Source: an uncultured Acidobacteriota bacterium (GTDB lineage Bacteria > Actinomycetota > Acidimicrobiia > Spongiisociales > ZC4RG35). From it: a stretch of 64,000 bases of DNA. The notes below the pieces were generated by a model. It saw only the letters and a list, made by a program, of their open reading frames with translations. It was not told the DNA's origin and searched no databases. The translations under genes and the position numbers were made by a program. The stretch covers positions 1 through 64,000 of the forward strand of contig CAWHEU010000013.1 of the NCBI GenBank assembly GCA_963828465.1, read 5' to 3'. This document shows positions 63,604 to 64,000 of this stretch, piece after piece (the stretch's first letter is position 1; every line of letters starts with the position of its first letter).

Positions 63604-63918
63604 ATGAGAGAGATGGTCAACCGCATTCGTCTGTTCCTCGGGTTGGAGGCGGCGGTTTTCATCGCGGCCGCCCTCATCCATTTCGGAGTCGTCCTGGATG
63701 GCTACAACGACCAGGAGGCCGGCACGGCGGAGAGTGTCATTGCGATCGTTCTTTTGGCCGGTCTGCTGACCAGCCTGTTGCGCCCCGACTGGATGCGGCG
63801 CGCGGGAATCCTGGTTCAGGGTTTCGCCCTGGTCGGCACGTTTGTCGGCCTGACCCTCCTCGTCACCCTGGGCCCACGCACCCGCAAGGTTTCAGGGCAT
63901 GTCACATCGGGTAACTGA
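63604..63918 (+). CDS. Hypothetical membrane protein
   Basis: Three hydrophobic segments. Confidence 0.6.
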   Translation: MREMVNRIRLFLGLEAAVFIAAALIHFGVVLDGYNDQEAGTAESVIAIVLLAGLLTSLLRPDWMRRAGILVQGFALVGTFVGLTLLVTLGPRTRKVSGHVTSGN

Positions 63919-63939
63919 CACGGCGAAAAGGAGGTAGTC

Positions 63940-64000
63940 GTGCAAACCATTCATGAAGTCATGACGAAGGATCCGCTGACCGTCGATGAGGGGGCGCCCG
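63940..64000 (+). CDS. CBS-domain protein, 5' fragment cut by window edge
   Basis: AGGAGG then GTG; MQTIHEVMTKDPLTVDEGAP. Confidence 0.65.
   Translation, partial: MQTIHEVMTKDPLTVDEGAP

Overview
GC-rich actinobacterial chromosome segment, probably Acidimicrobiia (inferred from gene content, gene order and frequent leaderless genes). It is mostly core genome: kdpFABC/kdpDE, rplY-pth, glpK, mfd-prsA-mazG-eno-ftsB-DUF501-ppx-tRNA-Leu(UAA), iscS-mnmA-ligA, dapD-dapE, gatCAB and pyk. Small accessory modules lie between these genes. No prophage, integrase, transposase or CRISPR array is visible. Several +1 frameshifts in conserved genes (mfd, gatB, FAH hydrolase, enoyl-CoA hydratase, a GATase) look like assembly indel errors. 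The most interesting signals fall below the ORF-track threshold or are non-coding: (1) an orphan ArsR with three palindromic operators facing a 19-aa Cys-rich micropeptide; (2) extra small membrane genes on both arms of the kdp divergon, with mirror-symmetric heptamer boxes between them; (3) two related hairpin elements with C-rich loops (candidate sRNAs); (4) a DUF222-HNH gene with a PafBC-type promoter and a G+T to A+C skew inversion inside the gene; (5) inverted heptamer arrays around prsA-mazG; (6) two apparent ATC start codons. All family calls come from motifs recognised by eye; no database searches were run.
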